This document shows positions 20,985 through 33,700 of a stretch of DNA of 64,000 nucleotides, piece after piece. Positions within the stretch are counted from its first letter, which is position 1. Every line of letters starts with the position of its first letter. Position numbers and translations under genes: made by a program. The notes under the pieces were generated by a model that did not search any database, was not told the DNA's origin, and worked only from the letters and a program-made list of their open reading frames with translations. Source of the DNA: Eutreptiella sp. 'Long Island Sound 2002' (Eukaryota; Protista; Euglenida); NCBI GenBank assembly GCA_964036045.1, contig OZ038378.1, forward strand, positions 163,122,001-163,186,000, read 5' to 3'.

Positions 20985-22440
20985 GAGGTTTGCAACCCAT
21001 TTTATGGTCCACGGTGAGCAATGTATTTTAGCAGCAAGCAGCAGCAGCAAGCAACAAGCAGCAAGCAGCAGGTGCTTAAAAAACTATTTGAGGGAACACC
21101 ATAGCTCAAAGGCATGATTGGAGTAGCTCAAAACAACCATAGAGCAAATGCAGATCCCCTGAAACAAGGTTCATGTGATTTCGAGCCGTCTAGCCTGTCC
21201 TATGGTCAATTTCATGTCCAAGAAAGGCCATTTTCAGCCTACTTTCATGACCCTGAACCTAAGATGTCAATCAACAGTGTGTCAAGCACGTGTGTCTAAC
21301 TAAGGCCATTCTTCTTCCAGAACTATTGGACCATCAAATTATTGCAAATGGGTGTTCAATGTAGTATCTCTCACGCCGTGGTGCCATGCAGTGGTCCAAT
21401 TTGAGGTGAAAATGAGCTGTTTTTCGACCAAGTTCAAGAGAACCATAAGGACCCAGCTCAGTTCTATTGTAAGTCTTGATTACCGAGCAGGGTCTTACCC
21501 AGTGAGGTTTTACAACCCATTTTAGGGTCCAAAGTACAACCCATTTTAGGGTCCAAAGTACAACCCATTTTAGGGTCCAAAGTGAGCAATGTATTTTTGT
21601 AGGAGCAAGCACTAGCAGCAAGCAAGCAGCAGCAGCAACAACAAGCATCGGGTGCAAAAAAAAAATTCTTTTTGGGGGACACAGTGGCTCAAAATGACTG
21701 CACAGCAAATGTGCATCACCTGAAACAAGTTTTGAGTCAATTTGAGCTGGTCCTGTTTTATGGCTGATCAACAACGGCCTTTTTTAGGTCTGTTTTTAGG
21801 ATGATCGCCATGATGTCAAGCACGTGTCTACGATGAGGGCCGTTCTTCTTCCATGGCGATTGGACCGGGTGTTCAATGAGGCGTCTCTCACGCTGTTGTG
21901 CCATACGGTGGTCCATTTTTAGGTGAAAATGAGCCGTTTTGCAGCCAGTTATCAGGATGGTCCTCTTGAAACTCAAGTTGTCTGCCATTGTGTCATGCAG
22001 GCCTCTCCAATGAGGGCCATTCTTCTTCCACAGCAATTGGACCATCAAATTTTTGCAAATGGGTGTTCAATGGGGCGTCTCTCACACTGTGGTGCCATGC
22101 GGTGGTCCACTTAGGACTGAAAACGAGTGGTTTGTCAACCAGGTTCAAGAGACCCACAAGAAGCCACACAAAACAAGTTTGGTGTGATTTTGAGCCATTG
22201 AGCCCGTTTTGTGGCAAACTTGGTGTCCAAAAATGGCTATTTGCAGCCTGTTTTCGGGACAATTGCCATTGCGTCATGCAGGCATCTCTAATAAGGGCTG
22301 TGCTTCTTCCACAGCCATTGGACTATCAAATGACTGCAAATGGGTGTTTAATGCGGCGTCTCCCATGCCGTGGTGCCATGCAGTGGTCCATTTTGAGTTG
22401 AAAATCAGCCGTGTTTTCAACCGAGTTCAACAGAACCATA
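20985..22440. repeat. Complex diverged tandem duplications (~500-bp block x2; ~220-290-bp unit x4)
   Basis: Motif gggtgttcaatg...tctctcac..gtggtgccat..gtggtcca.ttt at ~21345, 21868, 22057 and 22337. The gagcaatgtatttt...agcagcaagc block occurs at ~21015 and ~21585. Confidence 0.8.
21512..21583. repeat. 24-bp tandem repeat x3 (ACAACCCATTTTAGGGTCCAAAGT)
   Basis: Three exact copies; gives WTLKWVVL x3 in the minus ORF track. Confidence 0.97.
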
Positions 22441-22557
22441 AATCCTAGTTGCAAATCTTGATTCAGGCTGGCTCATCAGAGCAAGACCGATACATGAGTC
22501 TGGTCAGGGCTTGTGATAAACACACAATTCATGGTGCTGATACCTCTTTACGGAAAC

Positions 22558-24530
22558 TCATTTTCTTTGTCTCGATGACACGAACCAGATACTCGTGCGG
22601 TGGAATGCAAGCAGGCTGCGCCAACGGTGGAAGGACTGTGAGAAGGCAGTACACCAGCAATGTAGGACAGAAATGTGAGCTGCAAGGTTCAAGCCTTGAG
22701 GTACGAAATGATTGGCTGCCTCGCAATCTACCTGATTGACAAACTTTTGGAGGCCAGAACAGTTACTCTGGGGTTCCATGTGCGGCCACTGCAGCACCAA
22801 CTTTGAATCATGTTCAAGATTACAGGTATGCATGCAAAAGTTCTGGCTGTACACCAAAGATGCCACCTTTGAAGATGGTTAGAGACTATTGCACATGGCC
22901 TCGACCAAGATTCATGCCCATGCAGACTCAACACCTTTGACAGTGTGTTTCTCAGCTTCATTGATCCGGATGCCTTCGACGCAGTGCTTCAAAGTTGGCA
23001 TTGTAGGGGGCTTGCAGTGTGCTATGTTGTTGCGGTACAAGTATTCCAAAGTGACTTGGTCCAACCTGGTGTTGTCCACGCCACGAACACCATCAATTAT
23101 GAACTGCAAAACAGATGTGTTGTTGCTGCATGGTCAAAGGAGGGTGCCATGCCAGTGCATACACATGCCAGGGGGTTGCAGCCTGTTGCATATCCACCCA
23201 CAACACATGTTCAGGCATTTTGCCAATTGTTCCAGGGATTCGCTGCTCGTGCAGTGTGCAGTGGGTGTGTCTCCTATCAGGGCCCTACTGTGGAGCCTAG
23301 CTGTGCGGTGGGTGTGTGTCCTGCAAGGGGGGGGGGGGGTCCGGCCCTTTTCTAGACCTCCTGCCATAGGGAAATTTTATGTCCGCAATGGCCAATATCT
23401 TGGCAAATATCTTCCCATATGTTGCATCAGGACATCTATGCAAATTGTGACAGACATGCTCCCAATGATAAACAAAAAGTGGAGACAAAAAGTGCAATTT
23501 GACCTGCATTTGAGAGCCTAGAGGTTCACAGCCCAATTGCACCAGCTCATACACTGGATCTGCTATTCTCTTGAAAAAATTTTGGTCCACATGAAAAATG
23601 CCTTCAGATGATCAGCCACTTTGAGGTGAATGTGTTGGGGTATTCAGCCCCACACCCACCCAACGCCCAGGGGGTCTGGACTCCCCGGTGCTGCTACTGA
23701 TGTGGAGGTGCCTAGGCATAAACATCCACACAACAGGGTGACCACAACCTGAGCGCATGGGACACAGGACCCTGTTTGCAGACCTGAATGCTGCTCTCTC
23801 CAACCGGCAGCCTGAGCACTGTGATCCATGTACAGCCAGTTCCTCTGTCTCGGATGGGGATCAGTGGTGCCTGGGAGACACAAAGCAGAGGCGTCATCAT
23901 GGATGGGTGGGGAAGCAAATTCATGGCGGATCCAGAAACACACGCTCGCAAATAGTTCAGAAGAGGGGAATGAGTGGGGCAACTGCTATGTTGCAAGGCA
24001 AAATGGGAGAAACAGGCCCTGTGCATCATCATTTGCAGGGTTTCCCCCGCTAAAAGACAACAGAAAATGAGGAAATATCCGCCGAAACTTTTAGTGACGG
24101 CTTGCGGTTCACCCACCACATACAGTGGTGATCTGGGCCTCCCTCCCCCTCCACGCCACAGGGGAGTACCACACGGGTCTCAGCCCTTGTGAAATCACAA
24201 CCCATGAGCTGGCTTGGGCATGAACCACATATCAATATGTCTCACGCAAACAGAGGTGTTGCAGTCTCCACAATGGTGATACGGTCCATTTCTGGGCAGT
24301 TTTGGGCTCGTTTGGGCCAATTTTGCACAGCATGGGTTGTGGGTCACAAAAAGCGGCAATGCACTCAATGTAGTTAAGCATCCCACATTGCCTTTCATCT
24401 GTTCCGATGCTGGATATTGCACGGCCCGAACATTTCCGGATGCTTGTGGCCCTGCCCGACAAGTAGGGGCTATGCATATGTCTCGAAGACCCTCAATCTT
24501 TGCCTCCATGCGCCCACCATGGTGCTCCAA
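22558..24530 (-). mobile_element. Decayed Cys-rich transposase-like gene (possibly KDZ/CxC-associated class)
   Basis: Consecutive protein-like broken ORFs: HHCGDCNTSVCVRH; DQNFFKRIADPVYELVQLG...; QFIIDGVRGVDNTRLDQVTLEYLY; FCMHTCNLEH...VDCEAANHFVPQGLNLAAHISVLH. The family call is by recalled motif spacing only. Confidence 0.3.
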
Positions 24531-25659
24531 GATTGTGTTGGATGAGATTCATTTTTGGTCCAAAAACGCCCTGTTTTGAGGTTGAACGTCTTTAGACCTT
24601 CGGGGGCGCACAATGTTACACACCAGGGGTCTTGGGCCCTGCATCACAAAGGGTCCGACATATATGCCGCTCTGTGGCTGGTGGCACTGTTGCACCTGAC
24701 CCACACACCTGGGCCCCCAAATACACAGAAAAAACCGGACACACAATGTCCGGAGAATGATTCAGGCATGTCAGCTGTCTCACACCCGTATCCACCAACT
24801 ACACTGGCAATGCGCCAAGACACCACTACCAGCATGAGGCTCCCTGAACTTGGCACACACACTCTCTCTCCTGTCCTGCATCTGACTCACAACTCTTGTG
24901 CACACGAACAGCACAGGTGCCATCACTATGATGGGAGAAGGGGGGAAGGTTCGTCCATGGAAAAGCAACCCTGCTTGCATGGTCTGCAGCCATTCCACAG
25001 CCTGCAGTAGATGGACACAGACATAGACTGCCTGTGCAACAGATGCACAAACTCACAGACATACCGCACTGTAGATATTCCAATCATTCCAATCCCCCAT
25101 GACACTGACTGAACTTGGATTGTATCCCTTGCCAGAGGATTGAAATCGAATGACACAAGCGTATCCTGCATCAATCGAAAAACCGGGATACTGCAGTTGC
25201 ATAACGCTAAACAGGAATTCAGCGTTTTTCACTCAAATATGAAGACAACTTTTTTGTTGTACAGTGTCATGCAGGTACTTTTTGTCGCTCTGCCACAAAG
25301 ACTGTTTCTTTTCTATGTTGTACAGCATCTGCTTTTTCCCCGCTAACACAAATACTTTTTAAAGGAGTACAATGTCGCATAAACAAACATTACTCATAAA
25401 GCAGCAACACTGGCAGGACATGAAATATGACAATGCTTGTGACTCACAGTGAGCGTACACATTGATAGACATGGGATGAAATGGCAAACACAAAAGGAGA
25501 GCAGCACAAGGTGATGCACAGTTGGGGTCAACTCCTCCTTTGCGTGGTGCAGGCTCAGTGTCCCGGCCGGAGCCACATCTCGGGCTGGTCCATGCAGGGA
25601 AGATAACAAATCCAGGCCTTGCACAAAATCGCAGCGGGTTCCCATGGGTGCTCAAATAT

Positions 25660-26450
25660 CCTTATTATCACCAAATGACCACGTAAACCCATCCCAGGGG
25701 CGATGTAAGGGTTGCGGAAAAATTGGATTTTTCCCAACTTCCAAGTGCCACCAAACAGCCCAAACAACAGCAATTTCGGCGCTTTGGGGGGGGGGGGGGG
25801 GGTGGCACAAATGACAAGCAGGCACCCGTACTACTGCGGGCATCCTTTTGGGGGGGGGGGGGGCTGGGCTACATGGGCCTAACAGCCACTACGTGGGTCC
25901 CCATGGGTGCTAGGTACCCATATTGTCACCAAACGACCACTCAAACCCATGCCAAGGGCGACAGAAGGGTTTCAGAAAAAGTTGAATTTCCCAAAATTTG
26001 CAAGTGCCACTAGACAGTCTAAACAACAGCAACAACAGCAATTTTGCCGGTTTCGGGGAGCCCATGGCCCAGGCTAAACAACAGCAACTTCGGCGCTTTT
26101 GGAAAGGCCCATGGCCTGGGCTGCATGGGCAGCCACTACGTGGGTCCCCATGGGTGCTCAAATTCCCGTATTGTCACCAAACGACCACCAAAACCCATCC
26201 CAGGGATGACAGAAGGGTTTCGAAAAAAATTGGATTTTTGAAAAATTTCTCAAGTGCCACTAGACAGTCTAAACAACAGCAACAACAGCAATTTCGCCGG
26301 TTTTGGGGAGCCCATGGCCCAGGCTACATGGGCCTAACAGCCACTACGTGGGTCCCCATGGGTGCTTGAGTACCCGTATTGTCACCAAATGATCACCCAG
26401 GCCTATCCCAGGGGCGGCAGAAGGGCTTCGGAAAAAGTGGAATTTTCAAA
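25660..26450. repeat. Diverged tandem repeat, 4 units of ~210-255 bp
   Basis: tcaccaaa(t/c)gaccac...aaacccat...agaagggttt...caagtgccac...aacagcaattt at ~25669, 25925, 26133 and 26381. Confidence 0.85.
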
Positions 26451-27447
26451 AATTCTCAGCCAACGCACGCTAGCCTGAAACCAGCCTTAAAGCGGCCAAG
26501 TCCTCAAGGGCAAGGGGCCATATGGGGGAGGGGGCTGACCGGGGATACCCGGAGTTTGGACCTGGTACCCCCACCATTGGTTAGGGGGTCCATATACAAG
26601 AAAAAAGGTCTTCAGGACCCAGGTCCCAATCCACACACAGCGCCCACAATACACAGGGAAGTTTTGACCCCCCGACCAGCCCCCCTCCGCAAATGGGGTA
26701 CCCAGCTTGGGGGGAGGGGGGGGGGGGGGGGGCTGCAAAGGTCAGGTGTGGTCCCACCACTGTGCTCCAGCCGCACCTGCCTGCACACAGCCTTCATCGC
26801 CATCTCAGTCCCACAGCAGTGCAGTAGTCCGTTGTTGGCTTTAGTTCTGGGGGGGGGGGGGGGGCAAGATCAAAAAATTCATTGAGGGGTCATTTTGTCT
26901 CTCTTAAAATGATGATTCTACGGGGGGTTAGACATCTGATACCACACCTTGGGTATGCTGCGCAAATGACCTGCCACCCAAAAAGGGGGCATATGGCGCC
27001 CATGCCTCCGCTTGATCTAACAGCCCTCTTCGAGGTGATTTTTTTCAGCAGACCAACCGATCAGGTTTGAATGTATACAGGCTACAGAACAGACATGCGC
27101 AGCCCAAAAGGTCAAGAAGCAGCATTCTTGGCCATGTTTGACATAATCCTAACCCTAGCATGTGCAGAGCGCTCCACCGCCAGATGCTAACTCGTGGGAC
27201 ATGCACAATGGCGTTGGCTGACTGGTACTTGCAGTTCTTACAGAATTTTGTGCAGCTGTTTTGGTGGCCATTGACATGCCATGTCATTGGCATGGACTTT
27301 CTGTGCACATCACAAAATTTTCATGATGGAGCTGTGCACCCCACGGAAAGCTGTCCATACCTCACACTTCTTTGCATTGTACTGGTCAAAGAATTGAGCA
27401 GTACAATCATTTTGTTTATTTTTCAAGCTGCATCACCGAACTATGAA

Positions 27448-27587
27448 ACATTGTTTGCATGATCCCATAGCCAGAAAGCGGGGGAAGTGTCCCGTGAGCG
27501 TTGACAGGTGTCACGCGACATTGTTTGCATGATCCCATAGCCAGAAAGCGGGGGAAGTGTCCCGTGAGCGTTGACAGGTGTCACGCG
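27448..27587. repeat. Perfect 70-bp tandem duplication
   Basis: acattgtttgcatgatcccatagccagaaagcgggggaagtgtcccgtgagcgttgacaggtgtcacgcg x2, identical. Confidence 0.98.
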
Positions 27588-28599
27588 AATACATTTTTCA
27601 TATCTCTTATATGTTTTTCCTTTTTCACCCTTGCATGACACTTCACCCCCAGCGTGCACAACCCCAAAGCAGAGAAAGGAACAACCCATGACCAGTGATC
27701 TGATTTCACCAACTGCAGTGAGTCACATTGCCCTCAGCAAATATGCAGGAACAGGGGCACTTCAATTTTCACTCAAAAACACTGACAGCTGCGCCCTGGT
27801 TGTGTTCTACTCTCAGCTGCTCTGGCTTGAAACCCTTGCATGCAGGTGAGAGTTGAGGTGGAGCTAAAAGGGTGGGCGATGAGGTGCTCCATGACATGCA
27901 CGCTAAGCAACTCACTGCTGTCAGTGACAAACAGGTGGGGTAGAGCTCAGCTGTACTACCTGTACGGTGGGACAGGTACTCTCCTTCGAGTTCGTAACGC
28001 TGCAGTGCCAGTTCCTGAAGCTCCATAGCACTTGTGGCTGCAATCTTGTACGGTGGCACAGCTTGTTCTGGATTGACTACAAAAGCAAAGCACAACTGAA
28101 AGAGGAAGCAGTATCCGAAACCCCTTCTGTCCTGCTGATTCACCATGCAGCCAACACAAAAAGGAGGATTTGTGCCTTGTACTTGGAGCACCCGGGACTC
28201 CTCGGGTTTGGATGCCAACTACCCCCCACAAACCGTTGGCCGGAGGCCCCTAAGGGGGGGGGGGGGTTTGGCACAAGGCCTCGGTATCTGATTGTTTGCC
28301 TTTGGCGGCGCCTATTGGCCTCTCGCCACTGCTCATTCTGACCCTCTGTGGGCCCGAACGTGTTTTGGTTGTGCCAACGGAGCCCCTGGATGACTTGTCC
28401 TGTTTGACTACTTCAGGGTCGGCTGTCCCGGAGACGGGCTGTTGCCCGTGCCGTTGACCAGGTGCATCCAGATGCACACTCCGAGTCCATGCTGGGTTTG
28501 CCGACTCCAGCACTAACTTGAGCGCGGGGGGGAGGGGGGGGTTGGATTTGATTTGATTTGATTTGATTTGAGGGCCGATCTTGAGGCTCACAGGCCGCC

Positions 28600-29545
28600 T
28601 GGGGGGCGCTCGATGGCTGTCCCGACGACTCTGCATATCGGCCGGCCATGCATGCAGTGCACACCCATCAGCGTCTGCGGGCCGGGGGGGGGGAGGCCTG
28701 TCGCTGTGCCGCGGGCTGGGTGAGGAGGGGGGGGGGGAGACACGCGCATCCCGCTAAGGGGGGGGGGGGGCACGGAGGCCTCGGCGGATGCCCATCCGGG
28801 GCCCGCACACCTGGGTCACGGCGCGTGAAAGACGACCTTGCACCCTGCGTCGCCGCCGCCACGCTCACATGAGCTCGCGGACTGGCATCGTCCCCCGTGC
28901 GGGGGCAGCGGGGGCGCCCCTGGGGCAGGCAACACCGCATACCACACGGCGTATACCCTGGGGGTTGAGGCCAGCACCGCGCCGGCCGCGGCAAACTGGT
29001 CCGGGGGCGTGGCGAGGTGCCCCGGGAGAGGCACCGGATGGTGCCATCGTGGGTGACACCCACCCAGTGGCCACCGGACTCCTCCGCCTCGTCATCCCAC
29101 CCCTCGACCAGGAGCGCCTGGCGCTGTGGGGCGCTGGCGCAGGCCTGTGGGGCGGAGGCCCCGCTGCGGTGGACGGGGAGGGGACCCAGGTCCTAGAGGG
29201 GTGCCAGCAGAGGGGCCACATGAGCGGGTAGCGTGCCCTCGCTCCAGTGGAGGCAAGGGGACCGCCAGAGCGGGGCTGCCGCGCCATACCTCCAGCTGAG
29301 GGCCTCGTGGAGTGTGGGCCCGGATACTGCCAGGCCATGGGGGACTCGTTGTAGCGCCGACAGCCCCCACTGGCCACCCCCTTGGCCGTCTAGTGGAGGA
29401 AGTACCCCATGAGGATGTCCTCCAGGCAGAGGTGGCTGGTGGGCAGCCCCCTGAGGGCGTGCAGCGCGCAGGTGACGCTCGAGGCGGGCGGGTAGCGCCT
29501 GGCTCACATGGGTGAGCCAGAGGCAGAGGGCGGGCCTTGAAGGCC
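28600..29545 (-). pseudogene. GC-rich decayed ORF relic, possibly a Ulp1/C48-like protease carried by a transposon
   Basis: Frame-broken CLEDILMGYFLH...LLVEGWDDEAEESGGHWVGVTHDGTIRCL...GGDAGC; only the HW motif and motif order are suggestive. Confidence 0.2.
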
Positions 29546-30053
29546 TGGACAACTTCATTCCATGAGGAAAATGGCTTTGGGCATGGCTGAGCGTAATTCA
29601 TCATCTGCGATGGAAGCGCATGCCTTTTCCGTGCCTTTCTATCCAATGCCCAAACGGTACAAATGGTGCAAATCTTTCAGGAAATTGTCTGGGTCTGTGA
29701 TCATGCATGTTGATTGCAGGGGGGTTTGGACGTACCAAGAGGACCATGTGAAGAATCCAGGTTTCAGCCACCAGCAGAGCATCAAATTGCATTGTTGCCA
29801 GTGAAGGCCAACTCCTCAAACACGCAAAACAACGGCACTGGGCATCCCTCCCCATCTGACTTATCCTGTGCATTTAAGCACACTCTTACCTATGTAAGCA
29901 AATGGGACTTGGGGTAGGGGATCCGCAATCACAACTGGCTGTGCAGGGAAGCACCTGGAGTCAGAATTTCTAGAACGTGCTGGTGCCCAGCCTTGTATGC
30001 CAAATCCCAAGCAGTGCTGCCGTCATCTGAGAGACATGTAGACACAGACAGAA

Positions 30054-30054
<1 letters not shown>

Positions 30055-30094
<40 letters not shown>

Positions 30095-30103
30095 GAGAGA
30101 GAG
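30055..30103. repeat. (GA)n microsatellite
   Basis: Direct reading of the sequence. Confidence 0.97.
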
Positions 30104-33100
30104 CATGCCGAAGGTCTGTGAGGAGCACAGCGTCCCCACGTGCTTGGGGTTCATGAAGCACAGGAGGGTGAGACACTAATGCTCATACAACCACGTTGGC
30201 CACTAAACGTTGGCCACTAGACACGCGACGTGGCACTGCGCATGTCAGGATTGGCCTCTCAGCTGTCCATGATGTCAGGTTTTCATGTACCCCGCCCCCC
30301 TCATGTCCAGCCCCCCCCCAGGGTACACGGTTCCCCCCCAGCCCAGGGGGAACCGTCACCAAGTGACGGTTCCCCCCCTGGGGGGGGGGGGAACCGTACA
30401 CCACTCCCGACCAGCCAATTCCAGTATAACCCAACTAAAAATTTTCTTCGGCGCCTGTGATTTCCTATTGATTTCTTATTGTTCATGGGCCAAGTGACGG
30501 TTCCCCCCCTGGGGATGGACACGGGGGGGATGGACATGGGGGGGGGGGGGGGTACTCAGCATGGTCCTGACCCCACGCCACACTGCATCAGTTCAACCAT
30601 AGGTTTTGTTTCGACACCCTGCCTGGCATGCACAGCACTGCTACATTCACAGTCAATTCTTCGGACAGCCCTGTACTGCTCACCATGAAAAACAGTAAAC
30701 TCTGAACAAGGGTCAAAACATAAAGTTCTTGGGAACTTTTGGGTTCAGAGGATCTTTTGTATGTCCTGAGGGGCCACAAGCAAACCACGAAGCGCTCCAC
30801 ACATGCACGTCCTGGTATGCATATGCAGCAATGTTCAGCAGTTCAGCCAATAATCCCTTGACAAGGGGTTTCTTTACTCTGACCAATGCATTTATCTTGC
30901 TCTGTTTTATTGACAAAAAGCGTCTGCATACAACTGTACAGTAAGGCGCTCCCGGTTAGCAGGTCAGGTAGTGCATCTTGCCTGTGGCTGATACCATGCA
31001 TTCAAATGCAATACCTATCCCAGTTTACCTGCAGGAGGAGGAGTGTATGGAGATTTGGGGGGTATGGGAGCTGAAAATCGAGCCCAGCGGGAAGCTGGTT
31101 AAAAAAAGCAATGACAGGTATGATAGAGTCCACCGACGCCAAATCACCTGAGATATACCAATTTGCTGTGTGCTGGGTGTGATGAGCTTTCTTTTTTCCC
31201 GTGGGGGCAAAATTGTGGACTTTGCGTACTACCCTAGGCTGTGCCATAACTTCCCCATCATTGCAGAGCACGAGACTGGGGAATCTGGCAACTCTGTTGT
31301 GTGGGACATTGCACCAACATCATCCGGAAGAGGCAATTGGCCGCCTGATAGTAACTGTTGCAGCTGGGCTGGTTGCAGTGTTGGCTGCTGAAAACAGGCT
31401 GTCATCCAGCATGCCCTCCATCGTTACATCCTGTAATCTAACTGGGGACTCTATGGAGTTGTACGTAACTGACAAAACTGAAGATTGGTAATCCTCAGAC
31501 AATTGCTTGAAGGGATTGTTGAGGGTATCAACTGAGGCCGCAGGCCTCGCATAGGAGATCAATGCCGGTGTCCTGGCAGCTGGTGTCTCCAGATTCATGA
31601 TTTCCATTGACAAGGGTACCACTGCTCCCCTGCGAGGGGTGGGGGTGAGGAGCAGCTCTAAAGACACGACAGGCTTTTCAAGCACTGATAAAATAACATA
31701 AAATGGCGAACTAGCCCTTCCCCTTTCCCTGAATTGATCTGCCCTGTGATTGTCCAGAATGATGACCGTGTTGTGACTGGGTGCCTTGATTGAGTGCACA
31801 GTCATCGTGGACTCATCCACCAGCCGCCATAGCCGTAACCACAAATCCAAGTGGAGGCAGATCCTGTTGAACCATCATATACGTCCTGAGAATCGCAAGT
31901 AGTCTTGTGTCTCCTTGCATTCTTTCTAGAACCTTGAGGGCAGCCAACTGCAACAACTATTGTTTGTTTTGGGTCAAGATGTGGGCAGATGTCCATATTC
32001 ATTCCACTCATTTAACATTGTGCACCAATAACTCTATGGGTACGTCCCAAGGGCCGCGCGCAGGTTGAAAGGCACTCCACACACGCACGTCCTGGGAATG
32101 CATAAGCAGCAATATTCGGCAGCTCATTGGATTGATGCAACAGCCACAATGGTGAGATCACCACCTATGTAGATCCGTCTGCTTGCGTGAACTACTGTCT
32201 GTACCTATTTGCTGTATTTTGTCGACCAAGAATTGCTGGAAGGAATCCCTATGGCAGTCAAATGGGGATTACTTGCACTGTGCGCGCACTGCGTAACATG
32301 TTGGAACAAAACTATGGGGAACAGGTCATTCCTTGGTTCCTTGGTTACTTGATGCTCACGTACTGCCGACAATCGGAGGCGGAGATGACAGTGGCAGGCA
32401 CTCTATCAACATTTGATCTGATGTAGGTGACAGTGATGCCCCGAGGAAGCCATGAAAGAGACACGGGTGAAACTGTAAGGGGACACAGTGCAGTATGTGC
32501 AATCCACAGGGCAGTCAGAAGTGACAGAGGAGAAAGAGGGGTGTGGCCTGCACAGCATAGTTTGCCGCAACATGGACAGATTGCAAGGGATGAGTGCTGA
32601 TGGAGTGATCATCAAGGCCATGGCTGTTGCCTTGATTCCTTCTCATTAAGAGGTGTCTGGATGGAGGAGCAAAGCACTCAGCCCATGGGCTAAGCTGCGA
32701 AATATGATATCCTTCCTGCATTGAACCCTTCTTAGAGTGGGCTTATTTGTGTTCTGTTTGCTTCCATCCTTTTTGAAGTTGACTGTTCTTAGTCAGCGCT
32801 TGAAGGCATGCAGTTAGTCTGTGTGTATCTTGGGAGGAATGTCACCCCCCAAAACCGGGGGGAAGGGGGTGTAAAAAGGGCTCAATTGGCAGGGGCCATT
32901 ATTTGCATGGGCGATGAAGGTGTGTGAGGAAAAATGTTGTCAATGGGGCCCTAGCACCATTTTTTTCATGATGCAAGCATGTCCATCACATGTTGATTTG
33001 GTTGAAGGTGGTGGTGATTTGGAAAACACAACAGTGCAAAGAGGCCCCAAGGCCTTGAAATGTGCTAAGAGGCTTGCAACGTGGTCACTCTGGTGGGAAG

Positions 33101-33254
33101 TTGTGAATTCCAGAGAGCACAATCTGAGTCAATATGGTCACTAGGGTTGGAAGGTGAAGGAAATCGCTTCAAAGAGAGGCCGCCGGGGCATGGGCATGGG
33201 CAAGCGCAAGCGCCATATACCCCCATTTTTGGCATTGTTTGACCGAGACTGCGC

Positions 33255-33595
33255 GCCTCGTTTAACGAGGTGCACGGGGGGGGGGGGGGGTTTGGCGCTA
33301 ACGAGGCGCACGGGGGGGGGGGGGGGAGTTTGGCGCTAACGAGGCGCACGGGGGGGGGGGGGGGAGTTTGGCGCTAACGAGGCGCACGGGGGGGGGGGGG
33401 GGGAGTTTGGCGCTAACGAGGCGCACGGGGGGGGGGGGGTGCAAACGAGGCGCGCGGGGGGGGGGGTTTGGCGCTAACGAGGCGCGCGGGGGGGGGGGGG
33501 GGTTTGGCGCTAACGAGGCGCGCGGGGGGGGGGGGGGATTGGCGCGCTAACGAGGCGCACGGGGGGGGGGGGGGGTTGGCACTCACGAGACGCGT
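33255..33595. repeat. ~37-bp poly-G minisatellite, ~9 units (tttggcgctaacgaggcgcRc(G)n)
   Basis: Core aacgagg.gc.cg recurs about every 30-39 bp, each followed by a run of 11 or more G. Confidence 0.95.
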
Positions 33596-33607
33596 ATTCC
33601 GCATACA

Positions 33608-33700
33608 AGTCCGTGCATACACAAGGCGGTGCACATACAAGCCGGTGCATACACAAGGCGGTGCACACACAAGGCGGTGCACACAAAAGGCGGTCTGTAG
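33608..33700. repeat. 16-bp tandem repeat (acacaaggcggtgca.), ~5 units
   Basis: Direct reading; a further copy occurs at ~33737. Confidence 0.85.

Noticed and set aside
21512-21583. Interstitial telomere
   Set aside because: There is only one TTAGGG per 24-bp unit and no (TTAGGG)n run.
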